DNA of 64,000 nt from Octopus sinensis. Taxonomy: Eukaryota. Under the pieces are notes generated by a model, which was given only the letters and a program-made list of their open reading frames with translations, ran no database searches and was not told the DNA's origin. Made by a program: the position numbers and the translations under genes. Positions within the stretch are counted from its first letter, which is position 1; each line of letters begins with the position of its first letter. Shown here in pieces: positions 1 through 14,067 of the stretch. The stretch lies in NCBI RefSeq assembly GCF_006345805.1, contig NC_042997.1, forward strand, positions 101,680,001 through 101,744,000, written 5' to 3'.

Positions 1-644
1 GTTTTGGAAAAAATACATTTAATGATGTTTCATTTATTGAAAATGAAAAGATATATGGTTTGTGAAACATATCCATAAGTATGGCTACATGGCTGTTTGA
101 ACCCAAGACTATATACATCTGTATGGCTGTATGTTGTCTTGGGTTCAGTTCCACTGCACAGCACTTTGGGCCAATGTCTTCTACGTAACTCCATGCTAGC
201 CAAACCCTTTTGAGTTGATCTGATAGACTGAAACTAAAGAAATCTGTCATACGTGTGTGTGTGTGACCAGGTTTTGTGGTGTATACATCATATACATGGG
301 CCCTTTTTGGTCATGAAAGACCATGGAATTGCACCTAGAAAGTTACCCTCCAAGGCACAAGTCCAGGTAAGGTTGTTTATGGAAGACCAGCAGTCACCCA
401 TGCATAACAGCCTCCCCTCTCCATACCACCAATGTTATCCTTGGGAAAGGCAAAGTCTGATACAGCGCGGCATCAGCTGAGTGAACTGGAGCAATGTGAA
501 ATAAAGTGTCTTGCTCAAGAACACAACATACAACCCAGTCTGGAAATCGAACTCATTAGATTGTGAGCTCGTTGCTCTAACCACTGAGCCATGCATCTTC
601 ACATCATATACATACATACATATATGTGTATGTGTATATATGCG

Positions 645-740
<96 letters not shown>

Positions 741-756
741 TCATCATCATCATCAT
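645..756. repeat. (TA)n + (CAT)n microsatellite
   Basis: Direct inspection. Similar tracts at 1870-1970, 6473-6523, 15462-15525, 20313-20377, 53073-53100 and 62239-62293. Confidence 0.95.
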
Positions 757-1866
757 CGCCGTTTAACGTCCGTTTTCCATGCTGGTATGGGTTGGACAGT
801 TTGATTGAGGTTTGGAGAGCCAGCGGCTGCACCATGCTCCAATCTAGTCTGGCAATGTTTCTACAGCTGGATGCCCTTCCTGATCCCAACCACTCCGAGA
901 GTGTAGTAGGTGCTTTTTATGAGCCACCAGCACATGAGCCAGTCAGGCGGGCCTGGCATCGGTCACATATATATGTATGTATGTATATATAACCAGATTC
1001 TGTGGCATATACATTCCCAATCTGGACATAATGCCGGTCCATTGCAGGATTACTAATTTTTGCCAGCTCATTTTTGCTCAGGAATACAATGCATCATCCA
1101 GTCCTGGAATTTAAACCACACTCTTATGATCATGTGACCACGAGTGCAACACACTAACTACTAAATTACACACCACTACATATATGTGTGTGTGTATATG
1201 TGTCTTAGTGTTTGTGCTCATTCCCCCACCACTATGTGGTCTACTGGTTATTGGTTTGTTTACATTCCCGTAACATAGCAGTTATAGAATAAATACCAGG
1301 CTTAAAAAGTAAGTACTGGGTTAGTTGTTTGACTAAACCCTTCAATGCAGTGCTCCAGTATGGCCACCGTTCAATGACTGAAAAAAGTAAATGATAAAAA
1401 GGTAAAGTCAAGCATATTTACAAGGTTAGCATTCATTAAAGTGTTTGGCTTTAGTTAGCTCCCCTTAAGCTTCCCCTTTCTTTCAAAATCTAGTATTTAG
1501 ACATTTGTGAATGCCATTGGATAAGAGGCAAGTTTTAAACAACCTGCATCTATAAACCAGTTTCGGTTTCCAGTTGCAGTTCATTTACTTTATTTACATC
1601 TTTAGGCAAGGAATCATTAGAATCATTTTTACACCAGCTTTTCCAAGCTAGCATGGGTTGGACAAGGTATATTTAAGGCAGCATTCTACAGCTGGATGCC
1701 CTTCCTGAGGCCAACTTTTACTAATTTTTTTGAGAAAGGTTCTTTATTCCACAACTCCACAACATTGAACAATCAAACAACTGGATGTTTTATTTATACT
1801 TGGAATAAGTATGTCACCACATCCCAAACAGTGTCAATGTGAAAATCTGTGGAGATAAATACACGT

Positions 1867-1900
<34 letters not shown>

Positions 1901-1926
1901 CATCATCATCATCATCATCATCATCA

Positions 1927-1965
<39 letters not shown>

Positions 1966-2796
1966 TATCAATGTCATCTTCATTTAGCAGGAATCTTTCC
2001 CTGGTTTGCATGTGTCATACCAAATCCATTGAGACAAATTTTCTACAGCAAGATGCCCCTTCCTGTCACTACACCTCATCAATTTCCATGTAAGGTAATA
2101 ATTTCTCAGTCCACTGGACAATAAGCACCCCATACATAGTCACACAAAGAACTGGAACCAAATGACACAATTAAAACGAGCAATTAGAATGGCACCATTA
2201 GAATGAGCATACAACATGTCAAGACATGGACAAATATTCTCTCACACACATGTACACACACACACACTTACACATATATATGTACAACAGGCTTCTTCAG
2301 TTTCTGTCTACTAATTCCTATCATAAACTATTGGTTGATTTGCAGATATAGAATAAAAAAATCTTCTATCAACCAAATTTCACTCACAAGGCATTGATCA
2401 ATCCACAGCTGTAAATGTTTAATCAAAGTGCCATGCTGTGGTATTAAACTTGAAACCATGTGGCAAAGTGAACTCAACCATCCAGCTATTCCTATGCCTT
2501 CAAAACACCTGATCATTTCTCCTCTTAAAGACAATATAACAAATAACCTAGTTAAAAATTTGTCTGATCAGGAAAAGCCAAGTCATTGACTTTATTCATG
2601 GCCTAAAATTAATATTTGCTCATTTATCATTGTTAATGTTTTCATTTACAGCTGGGTGTTTATACAAGCTTTGTTGGAAAATTATAAAATATTGTAAAAT
2701 TTTCATCTTGTTTTCAACCTTTCAGATTGAAAGGAAGCTATGGGTGACAATAATAGCAACAACTGTTTTAAATTTATCATTACTGTGTGCTGTAAC

Positions 2797-3700
2797 ATCA
2801 TCATCATCGTTGTCATCATCATCATCGTCATCATCATCATCGTCATCATGATTTAGCATCTGCTTTCCATACTGGCAAGGGTTAAACAGTTTGACTAGAA
2901 CTAGTAAGTGGAGAGCTGCACCAAGTTCCAGTCTGATTTGGCATGGCTGGATGCCCTTCTTATGCCAACCACTCCAAGAGTGTAATGGGTGCTTTTTACA
3001 TGCCATTGGCATGGGTGCTTTTATGTGCCACTGGCATGGGTGCTTTTACATGCAACCAGCACAGGCGCCAGTTACATGACACCAGCATCAGCCACAACCA
3101 TGATTTCACTTGGCTTGACAAATCTTCTCAAGCACTGCATACTGCCAAAGGTTTTGGTTACTAGTCCTCACCTCTGTGAGGTCCAATGTTCAATGGTCAC
3201 ACTTGACCACTTCATCCTGGTCATACTTCACCATTTCATCTACCATTAGAGATTTGCACTTCTTTACACAGCTATTTTCATTCATATGCATCACATGACC
3301 ATACCAGTGCAGTCATCTCTCTTGCACACCACATCTAGTGCCCCTTATGTTCAATCTTTCTTTCAAGACACTTACACTCTGTCGTACACGCACACTGATG
3401 TTGCACATCCAGAGAAACACACTAACTTCATTTCTTTCGAGCCTTCACATGTCCTCTGCAGTTACATCCCATGTTTCACTGCCATGTAGCATGGCTGTTT
3501 GCACACAGGTATCATACAATCTGCCTTTCACTCTGAGAGAAAGGCCCTTAGTTACCAACAAAGGTAGAAGCTCTTTGAACTTTGCCTATTTTAGCAGCAA
3601 TGCTCTCAGAGCATCCACTGCTGACTTGGTCATCTAGATAGTGGAAGCTATCAACTACTTCTAGGTATCCCCTCTGGCATTTGATGGAGTCCATTTTCTG
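2797..3700 (-). mobile_element. RTE-clade LINE 3' fragment with (GAT)n tail
   Basis: Reverse-complement homologue of 52320-53100; decayed RT C-terminal coding sequence followed by 3' UTR and a trinucleotide tail. Confidence 0.75.
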
Positions 3701-6469
3701 TACCTTTAGATATTTGGAACAACATTTCAGAAACTGATTTTGTTGTTGTTATTGAGTAGACCAATTATCTTTTCAGGGAGAAGTATGACATATTGCTAAT
3801 CATTTCAACTTATAGATGTAATCCACAGGTCTTGTACCTCATATATTACATGCCTTTTAGGTATGACCTACAGATATAGTACATCAAATATAATATACGT
3901 CTGTCAATCATTCTACCTTTTCAGATAAACAGTAGTTTAGCATATGTAGTGTAGTGAGATAGTTAGGATATGTTGCATTTTCTCCCCTCTCTATTCCAGT
4001 CCTGGACACATTCTGATGAGGGCCACAACTGCACTGGCAAGATGAACCTGACTGGAACACAACAGCTGTATTTCTTTTGACTTTGGTTGGAATGGTCTGT
4101 CTGTAGCCTTTATTTATCAGTGAGACAGAGACTGATAATGTTCCCCCTTAAACTGTTGTAAGTCACCATAGCCATAGATAGAATTTCAGAGAGCCAATGT
4201 TCTGAGAAGAGATGACTGGATGTATTGGCCAGTGCAAGACCAGAGGATTTATATGCAATATGGATGATAAATGAAAATTGTATTATGTCAAGATTACCTG
4301 AGTGACGGTGGTATTAGACCAACCTTCTCCAAGAAGCCATTCTAATAATGGTAGTAAAGGTGAAAGCAGAGAAAGTGACTGGAATATGTTTGTAAGTCCT
4401 TACCTATCATTTGAATGGCCTTTCTCTGGGATGATCTAGAATATTTGTATATGTAGCAGCTACACTATCCCATGTGTGAGAGCAGTACTCCATTGTATGT
4501 CTCACCCGACCTTTGTAGAGGATTAGTAGATGATGGGGACTGACATAATTTTTGCTCTGAAGAGGAAGACCAGCATTTGTGATACAGTCTTTGTTATGAA
4601 AATGCAATCTTAATGAGATTTCCTCAATGATGGTGAGATCTAGCTGCAGAGATAATGAGATCTAGCTGCAGAGACAGAGACCGTGTTGTAGAGGTTGGGT
4701 TTTCAGAAAGAGATCATGAGCTTAAATTGCAATTAAATTTATAATATTGATTTAAAACTTTTTAAATCAATTACTGGCACAGTGCTAGTAATTTCAGTGC
4801 AGGGGGCTAGTAGATTACATTGACTTCAGTACTCAACTGGTACTTATTTTACCGATCTTGAAAGGCAAAGTCAACCTCAAGATTGTTAGCCTGATGCCCT
4901 AACCACTGAACCATGGTTGGTGCAGGAGTACAATAGAAGATACTTAAGGTGTCACACAGGTGAACTGAACCCAAAATCACATGGTTACAAAGTGAACTTC
5001 TTAATGTAAATAAATAAGCATTATATTTGATAGATTAATCTGAATGCTAAAGGGCTAAGCACGCATCCAGATATAAACAAAAAAAACAATTCTCATAATC
5101 CAGTTGCAATGTCATGGTATATTTCTCATGTGTAATCACAAAAAGTTGTTCAAGAAACATATTCTCAGTCACTATAGGAAATTTTTCCGATTGTAATTCG
5201 TAGGAGATATGAAAGGCAAAGTCAACCTGCTAACAAATCTGCCATCTCACTGCCCTGGGACATTTAATATTAAGCTTAATGAGTTTATTTGTTAAAACTT
5301 AATATTATAGAACAAAAGAAGTTAAAAACAAAGGAAAAGGCAAATATAAAAATAAATACAAAATATGAAAATAAAATATCTAGAAAGAATATCTTTTATC
5401 ATTCACTTGTTTCAGTCATTGTTCTGGTATTTAATGTATTGGTCACATTTGCTGAACTAGGAAGTTATGGAGATCCAAACAAACCAACTCTGCCACATAG
5501 TGAGAGGAGCAAACACAAAATAAAGATGCATGCATGTATACACCTGCAAGCACACACACACACAATATGTAATATATAATTATAAAGAGGTAAAGATTAC
5601 CTTCTGTCATAAATGACCATGGGATTGTACCTAGAAAGTTCCCCTCTGAGGCATAAGTCTGGGCAAGGGTGTTTATAGAAGACCAGAAGTTACCCACGCA
5701 TACCAGCCTCCCCTCTGCACACAACCAATGTTATCCAAGGGAAAGGCAAAGGCTGATACAGCTTGGCACCAGTGATGTCATAACCATTTCTACAACTAAA
5801 TGAACTAGAGCAATGTGAAATAAAGTGTCTTACTCAAAAGCACAACACACAGCCTGGTCCTGGAATTGAACTCACTACCTCATGATTGTTAGCCCGATGC
5901 CCTAGCCACTGAACCATGGTTGGTACAGGAGTACAATAGAAGATACCTAAGGTGTCACACAGGTGAACTGAACCTAAAATCACATGGTTACAAAGTGACA
6001 TTCTTAAACACATGGCTATCTCCATTTGTTTTTAAAATGCATCTTGGATGTACATTTAAAATCTAAATATCAACCACAGTAAGACAGTAAACTCATAATT
6101 TGTTTAAGCAAAAATTATATCCAAAACATTTTCTAAAAGCAGTCACAGGCCATTGTAAAGAAGTTGAACTCAGATTATACTGTATTAAAAAATATCATTT
6201 AACCACTATGAAACAAAATACTTGACACCTACAACAGTGACACCTCCTACTTTTGTAATTTTTGTTTTTATTTCCTTGAAAAGACAGATATTAATCAGAA
6301 AGCTAAACAGCTTATGTTTTCTTACTTAAAAATCTTTGAAAGCAATGAAATAAGAGTATACATGTTGCTATCAGCATTTCAAGTAAAATGTATTAATTAC
6401 TCTACTGAATGGCAGTGTATTATCAACATAAGTTTGGGGTCTACTTTGTTCTCAATAAGCAATACTACA

Positions 6470-6525
<56 letters not shown>

Positions 6526-6572
6526 AAGGGATTATAATTTAATCTGTCTCTTCATGAAGCACATTATATATC

Positions 6573-6608
<36 letters not shown>

Positions 6609-7919
6609 TGTGTTTGTGTTTGTATACACACACATATATTCTATCTCATGCACACTTTCTTTTAAAACAAAACTGCTTAATATATTGACAGCAAATACAA
6701 CAATGATAAAGAGAATAACAGTAGATGGATACATGTTGCAGATTTTTGAAGACAATGGTAGTGGAAGGAAGAGGGAGAAGTTAGAGAGATGGCAACAATT
6801 GTTAGCAACTCCAACAGTGCTTCTTAAAGTGGGCGGTGCTACTGCCTGGAGGTGGTGAAAAATTTTACAAGGGTAATGAGACAAACAGGATAGTATTGGG
6901 TGATATATGCATCTTTTTGGGCTTTTTCTAAAGTGTTTGTCATGTATTCAAATGTAGGCCTGTCATCTGAGACACCACATGCTGTCATACCTTCTCCAGC
7001 GGCAACTTGGTGTGTTCAGCTAAGGTTCCACTGCTTGTCAGACTGAGAAAGGCAAACTGGCAAAGTATCCTGTTGTTCTCTGACAGGTTTTCGGTTGAGT
7101 CTGTGGCAGTGGAAACCTCCAGCATTCTCGGTCCCTGGACCATACCCCTGCTCACTGATGCTGGAGCAGAGATGGCTATGTGCAAATGCAACCCCCATGA
7201 GTCAGAGTAGCTGATCCAGGACATCTCCCTTGCCACCCTGTATGGAAACACCTTTTCCATTTTGCCTGCTGGGACTATGAGGTGATCTGACAAGCCTCTT
7301 TATGTATGTATGCATGTACATATGTATGTATGTGTGTGTGTGTGTGTGTGTAGATGGATGGATGGATGGACGGACAGACAAAGCTTATATTATGATAAAC
7401 TTCTTGTTAGCCACAATCACAACAAAAACAATAATAATAACCTTTCTACTCTAGGCACAAGGCCTGATACTTTGGGAGAGGGAGCAAGCCAATTATATTC
7501 ACCTCAGTGCTTAACTGGTACTTGCTTTATTGACCCTGAAAGGATGAAAAGTAATGTCAACCTCAGCAGAAATTGAACTCAGAATGTAAAGACAGATATA
7601 ATGTCACTTAGCATTTTGTCTGACAATCTAATAATTCTGCCAGTTTGCTACATTAAAGACACTAATAATTAGAGCAACAAAAATAATAGACTCCAAAATG
7701 TGAATTAACAAAATCGAATATATATTGCATATGCACATAAATTATAAACAGGAGATGAATGTAAAATTTAAAAGACATTGTCAAATTTTATAGGTATTTC
7801 CTTACATGCAATGAAGACAGTCATTACATCTGTGGTATTAGGTAACATCCTTGTGTGTTCGTGTGTGTGTGTGTGTTTATATATGTATGTATCTATGTAT
7901 GTATAGTAGAATGAACGAT

Positions 7920-8320
7920 CACCACTTCCTCAGACAGCTGATGTAGAGTAAGCTGAAGGAAAGCACAATACAACAAAGGAGACCCAAGTTGAGGTATAAG
8001 CACATCCTAAAGGGCACCTAAAGTGGTGTAACATCCAGCCTCGCAAACTTGAGACTGCAGTCACAAACAGGGCTACCCGGAGGTCAATCATCTACACTGC
8101 TGTAGCTACTTTTGAGGAGGATAGACGGCAATGCCTCACAGCCACAAGAGACAGACATCACTGTGCTGCATCATTCACAGTCCTGATCACAGATTACCAG
8201 TGTCCAACCTGCAGGTGCTTGTGTGCTTCCGGCTTTGGGCTGCAGAGTCACATGTGCTCTCACTGCTAACTATTCAGACCACAGACTATGCCTTCATTAG
8301 AGATTAACAGACAACCAAGA
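7920..8320 (+). mobile_element. LINE 3' fragment with C-terminal C2H2 finger
   Basis: Reads ...YQCPTCRCLCASGFGLQSHMCSH, preceded by LKGHLKWC, resembling RTE/BovB-type ORF ends. Confidence 0.55.
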
Positions 8321-10135
8321 GAGAAGATATATTGCAGAAGTGTTAAGACTGGTCCCTCTGGTGATGTAAAACTCATGTATCAGTGCCATGTAAAAGTGCC
8401 CAGCTATATGCAAATGACAGTCAGGTTTTAGCCAAACCATCCAGCAATGGAGTGGTCACCACTGATGAGCTTTACTTTTAAGAAAAACCGGACTACAATG
8501 TCTATCAAGCAATCTATAAATATATCTAGTAGAGTTTGAAATTTTAGTCCACCACTTTAATATGATGTGTTTTCTCAGCGAAAGAAATAGAATACACATT
8601 TCAGTCTTCCATTAAGTTATGATGTTTTGTTTACTTTCCCTTCTTTGTCACCATTGGTGGCATCATTATATTGTCCATTTTTCCATACTTGCATGGGTCA
8701 GAAAGAATTTGTTGAAGCAGATTTTCTATGGCTAGATGTCCTTCCTCTTGCTAACTTTCGCCTGTTTCAAGTAAGATAATATTTCCTCTTAGCTGGAGAG
8801 TTTTTATGGAAGACTGAAAATGAATGATACCACTTGTGTGATAATGATGCTCATTCAGAACTATCATCAAAATAAGAATACACAAACATAAACACACACA
8901 GATAGACAGACAGATGGACAGATAGATAGCTAGATAGAAATATATGATGAGCTTCTTTTAGTTTATATCTATCAAATTTACTCACTATTATAGCCTGAGG
9001 CTATAACAAGGCATTTTCCCAAGGCACCAAATAGTGGGGCTGAACCCCAAACAATATTGTTGAGAAGCAAACTTCTAGGTCACATAACCATACCTGCTCC
9101 TCACAGCCCATGTTTGCATTAAAGTATGTGTTGTTAGTGACAGTAAGTAGGTCATTAATGTACAGAATGAAGGTTATGATTGACGTCAGTGAGCTTCGAG
9201 TACACAAGTATTACTAGGAAATGGGTCAGAGAGATCTTCATTGGTACATGCTGCAACAGTGTAATCTAACAGGAAGATTACATTCCGAGAAATAGAGTCA
9301 GCTGTAGGCAATAGTCAGTCTACTCAGCTAAGAGGCTCTTAAGTCAGGCAGGGTCAAAGGCTTGTGCCTATGTCAGATGCAACAACATGGCTTTCAGGAA
9401 TGTTTTGTTTCCAAGGACATGATGGTCATACTTGAATGCCTCTTAGTCATAACCATGATTACAACCTGTACATAAAGACTAATAAGCCAAATATGGGACC
9501 ATCATTGTCACATAAATTGTGAGGTACGACAAAGAAACAATAGCTAGCTCATGAGACATTCATGAAAATAACACATGACTTATATACTGATTGAAATAGT
9601 CTTCATTAATTCTCATAAAAATGACTACAAAAATAGAATCTCCTTACTAATGAGCACATTTACTATGCACTTATTATCCCAGGTCATATATCTAAATAAT
9701 GTCTTTATTTAAGAAAATTATTCACAAAGTATAATATAATCCATGATGTAATCTACTGCCTCCAAAAATGAAAAACTAGAAAAAGATTAGCTTCTGTGTT
9801 TTATTCTTTTATGAAATATCTATGATTAGCTACTGTGCTGCATATGATTAGTGCCTCAGTACATTGACCAGAGAAAACTACTCTGACCTTGCCTTTTCCT
9901 TTCTCTCTATAACTTTTTTTTTACCTACATGCCTGATGTTGTATACGTACTTATTAAACAATCCTATATTAACAACCAGTTTAATTTATGGATTGTAAAA
10001 TACTAAAATGCACAAGATGATACATGCACACATATATCTATGTATTGGTAGTGATAAATATTTAAAAAGCACAGGGTTTAAATATCAGCTATCACAAGTT
10101 TCATACTCCAATAGTATAATATTCAGACGAGCTTG

Positions 10136-10540
10136 TGTAGAGTGTTTAAATGGTGTTTGAATCAGGGTCGTGGAGCCATTTAAGGATGACTCCTTCAGAA
10201 GACTGTAATATCATTTGATAGGAACATAGTACAAAGAAATACCTAGAACAAGGCTGTAACTTTAAATACCTTTAATGTCGGCCTCATACATATATATATA
10301 TAAGTTGAATGATAAATGGAAAGAGTTTGATGCGTGGAGGCCATGATCTTCTTCTGCGCATACCTCATGTCTGCTAGTTGCCGTGTGTCATAAGAGAGCC
10401 AGCTAGACCATGTCCTTGCTCTCCGACATCTAGATGCCAAAAGAGGAATTCATCACAAGGCCTCATGTCAGAATCTCACCGCTCAAGCAACATCTGGTGC
10501 ATGTTTAAACCCACTGTCAAGGGAGGTAACTGTGTCTACA
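10136..10540 (-). repeat. 3' LTR of the Gypsy element (405 bp)
   Basis: Bounded by TGTAGA...TCTACA inverted termini, directly after the polypurine tract. Confidence 0.65.
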
Positions 10541-13025
10541 GAGACCCCCCCCCACCTAGACTGGAAGCGATTGATTAAGAGTAATGTAGGTGAAGTAGGT
10601 GTGTGCTAGCAGGGCACAGAAGAATGAAACATAGCAAAACAGCTGTATGAACAATTGGAAAATACAACGCAAGTATGTACAAGGGAAAATGTTCAGCAAA
10701 GACAGGTGTCCAATAAAGTTAAGAAATGTAAATAGTCTGAGACAAGTTCTTCAACCAAAGAACCGATCTGCCAGAATGTGTCCTGTAAGATGAAGAATGC
10801 ATTTGTGTATTTGGTGTTTTGGTGAGTGGGGATGGTGCTTGAGGGAGTGGGGGTGGAGGTGGAATAATGGGTGTGTCAGCAAGTGGCATAAATGTTTCTG
10901 AAAAGGCTTTTTTTATTCTGTTGATAGAGACAGTCTCTTTTTTCTGTGAATGTCTATAGAGAACAGTTTCGGTGTGCTTCTAAGAACGTGATAGGGAGAT
11001 GTGAGTGGTCCTGCACGAATAACGCCTTTAAGCTTGCAGTGGAATCATTCCACCATTCTATTTGCGATGGGATGGTAACTTGTCGTGTGGATGTGCTGAA
11101 CTCCAAGCAATCTTGAAAGCTCACGGAACAGACAAGCTTCAAATTGGTGTCCATGATCAGTAGTAATTCTAGAGGGTACTCTGAAGCAAGATATCCATCC
11201 GGAGATGAGTGATCTGGTGACTGTTTCTGTGGACATGTCCATGAGAAGGATGGCATCAGGTCATCTGGAGAAACGGTTGATGCAGGTCAATATATAAGTA
11301 AATCTGCGATTGACCAGCCAAAGACCAACTAGGTCGATGTGTATGTGACGGAACCTGGTATCTGGTGGCTGGAAGTGCTCTAGATGTGCTCTCACATGAC
11401 AATGCACCTTGAAATGCTGACATGGTAGACAGACACGTGACCAAGCAGTAATAGACTGACACATGTTCAACCTGAAAAAGCGGGCTGAGATAGACTTTAC
11501 TGTGGCTGCACTGCCGGGGTGTTACAATGAATGCTGTGCATCAAAAATAGCATGACAGTGATGTTCAGGAACTAGGGGTCGGGGTGACCCTGTAGAAACA
11601 TCACAGAGAATAGTTCCTTCAGAAAAAGGCAGAGGTAGGTGTTCAAACTTGCAGCAGGAAAATTGTGAAAAGACGTCTAGAGAGTCCAAGAAGGGTTGGT
11701 CAGTAGCCATAGCAACCAAATCAATCGAAGCTGGAGATGACAACGCACCGACAGGCAGGTAAGATAAGGCATCGGCAGGGATGTTGTCAGTGCCAGCAAT
11801 GTGGCGAATGTCACTAGCGAACTGTGATATGTAGTCCAAATGCCTTGTTTCTCTGGGCGAGTACTGGTCGTTTTGGCAAAGAGAGCAAACGTTAGCAGTT
11901 TGTGGTCAGTGAAAATCATGAAATCTCTACCTTTGAAAAGATGCACTGCTAGATAAATTGCTAAGAGTTCTTTACCAAACACACTGTATCTCAGTTTGGC
12001 ATTTTCCAACAGGTGAGAAAAGAAGGCCAATAGCTGACTTCAGCTGTTGACTGATTGCTCTAAAACTGTGGCAATGGCAGATGATGACGCATTGACAGTG
12101 AGTGTCAATTTTGTATCCATAATAGGATGAGCAAGGTCAGATTTGACAGATTCAAAAGCTTGGATGACTATAGGAGATAGCGTTATCGGGGTGTCTTTTT
12201 TCGTTGATCTTTCACGAACTGAGTCAAGGGAAGCAGCTTTTCCACACAGTTAGGAATGAAATGACGATAATAATTAATTCAACCAATAAAATTTCTGAGC
12301 TGTTTTAAGGAAACAGGAGGAGACAAGCGTTAGATGGCTTCCACTTTAGAGAGAAACGGACGAATACTATCAGCATCAATGAGATGCCCCAATAATTCCA
12401 AGCTGGTAGAGCTGAATTGATCTTCACATCATAGAAACGTAGGCACTTGAATAGTTGGGTTAAATGTTGGAGATGCTGGTCTAGAGTACCATTGGCGATT
12501 AGAAGATTGTCAACATATGCGAAGACAAAATCTAACCCACGAACGACTGCGTCAATGAACCTTTGGAACGTGCTCACTGCATTGCGCAGACCAAATGGCA
12601 TAGACAAAAATTCAAACACTCCAAAAGGCATAGTGACAGCTGTCTTTGGAATGTCTTCTGAGTTGACAGGAATTTGATGGTATGCACGTACCAAGTCAAT
12701 TTTAAAAAAAAACTTGCAGCTGTGCAGGGCAGATGGAAAGTCCTGCACATTGGGTAGGGGATAATGATCCATGATAATGACAGTATTACGTCTAAAATCT
12801 CCAACCAGTTGAAAATCAGCTTCATTCTTCCTGGCCATGTGTAAAGGTGCTGCACATGGGCTTGTGGAGTGATAAATAAGGCCCAGCTGGAGCATGTGCT
12901 CGAATTCAGCCCGGGCGATCTGGAGTTTCTCTGGAGACAAACATCACAGTTGGGAAAAACTGGCGATCCCTTAGTCATGATGAAATGTCTCATGGAATGG
13001 GCTGGATTCAACGGATGAAATGACA
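10136..13025 (-). mobile_element. decayed Ty3/Gypsy LTR retrotransposon: RT-RNaseH-integrase remnants, polypurine tract and 3' LTR; 5' half missing
   Basis: Frameshifted ORFs 12305..12940 (KIDLVRAYHQIP, MPFGLRNA, YVDN for YxDD), 11677..12030 (KELLAIY, FTDHK RNase H), and 11261..11470 plus 11045..11242 (integrase core, TSYHPIANRMVE). Order is RT-RH-IN. A G-rich PPT at 10541-10558 abuts the LTR. Confidence 0.9.
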
Positions 13026-13450
13026 AATATATATATAGCGAGTAGTAGTAAATATATATATAGCGAGTAGTAATAAGTCTACTACTAATATAGGATGAAG
13101 TTTTTTTACAGAAAGACTTATTACTACTCGCTATAGGGACTGGTAACCACTATAAGCTGTAGTGGAGAACAGTTCACACGTGTGCTGAGGCTGACCACAA
13201 AAAATTTTATTTTTAGATATATCTGGGGCACTTATATGGACTCATGATTTTTGCTTCGGCTTTTTTCCATGGGCGCATGTAAGTATCTTATTTATATCCT
13301 TTCGTATTTTCTACTGAAGAGGAAAAAATCTATGATGAGATAAATTTCGAAATTAATTCAATATAGAAATAACGAACTTTAAAAAAAAAATTATTGACCG
13401 GCTTTCCTCAATTTCAGCTCTTCGTGTTTTTTCTGTAGCGAGTAAATAAT
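13026..13450. mobile_element. Penelope-like (or Helentron-like) fragment with inverted terminal copies and hammerhead-like motif
   Basis: tatagcgagtagtaataagtct (13059-13080) is inverted at 13114-13135; CTGAAGA...GAAA core at 13314-13352. Confidence 0.4.
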
Positions 13451-13541
13451 ATGTGGAAATTGACGATTTAAAAGTCTGTTATCAGCATATTGGCATAGAA
13501 ATAATTTTCTTTAGCCCTTATTTATAAGTTATATATATACA

Positions 13542-14067
13542 CGAGCAAAACGCCCCCCTGTCCAATGACCGGTGCTGAGTTGTCAAACATTTAAACCAAA
13601 TTTTCTCAAAACAATTTGTCCGACTGTCCCATAGGCCTCCCCTTTGAGAAACACTGATTTAACCTAAATTTAAGACACCAGCAAAAGAAGAAATAAAGAT
13701 AAACTTTTTTTCTATTCCAAAGAAAAACGATTTTATTCACACAAATATGCAAAAGACTATATACTGCATTTTGTGGCATTATTTCAAACCAGCTGGCTTT
13801 CTTTTGTGCAAACTGCACGTGCATTTTTCTTGCATATGCGTAGTATCAATTGCAATAGCTGATGTACTTTCACATACAAATGCACATTCTCATGGCTTTA
13901 TCGATTGTATTCTCACCTGGAATTGATTTTTGTAATTTTTTCAAGACTTATACACACCCTGATACCGTCGGTATCCACATATCAAATTTGAGCACAATCA
14001 GATGGAGGATGCCCAAGATCCTAGAAGACACACACACAGGAAGACAGAACAGATTTTATATAATAGA
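13542..14067 (-). mobile_element. non-autonomous Helitron-like element
   Basis: On the minus strand: host A|TCTATTATATAAAA 5' end, subterminal hairpin CCGGTC-attg-GACAGG, 3' end CTCG|T (near CTRR consensus), no TSD, microsatellite near the 5' end. Confidence 0.55.

Noticed and set aside
435-3637. Many short ORFs with poly-IY, poly-H, poly-S, poly-D or poly-M runs
   Set aside because: Translations of (TA)n, (CAT)n and (CA)n microsatellites and SINE/LINE sequence; no splice or homology support.
4010-4060. ctgatgagggcc as a hammerhead core
   Set aside because: No properly placed GAAA or stems downstream.
6985-7293. 102-aa minus-strand ORF in a GC-richer patch
   Set aside because: No recognisable motif or exon partners; most likely a decayed TE fragment, family not assignable by eye.
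1-10100. A second host gene downstream of NOM1
   Set aside because: No exon chain with consistent splice phases or protein similarity found; the region is SINE, LINE and microsatellite debris. Small exons of a neighbouring gene cannot be excluded.
12305-12940. Gypsy RT ORF as a functional or domesticated gene
   Set aside because: Catalytic YxDD is mutated to YVDN, there are multiple frameshifts and stops, and gag/protease are missing.
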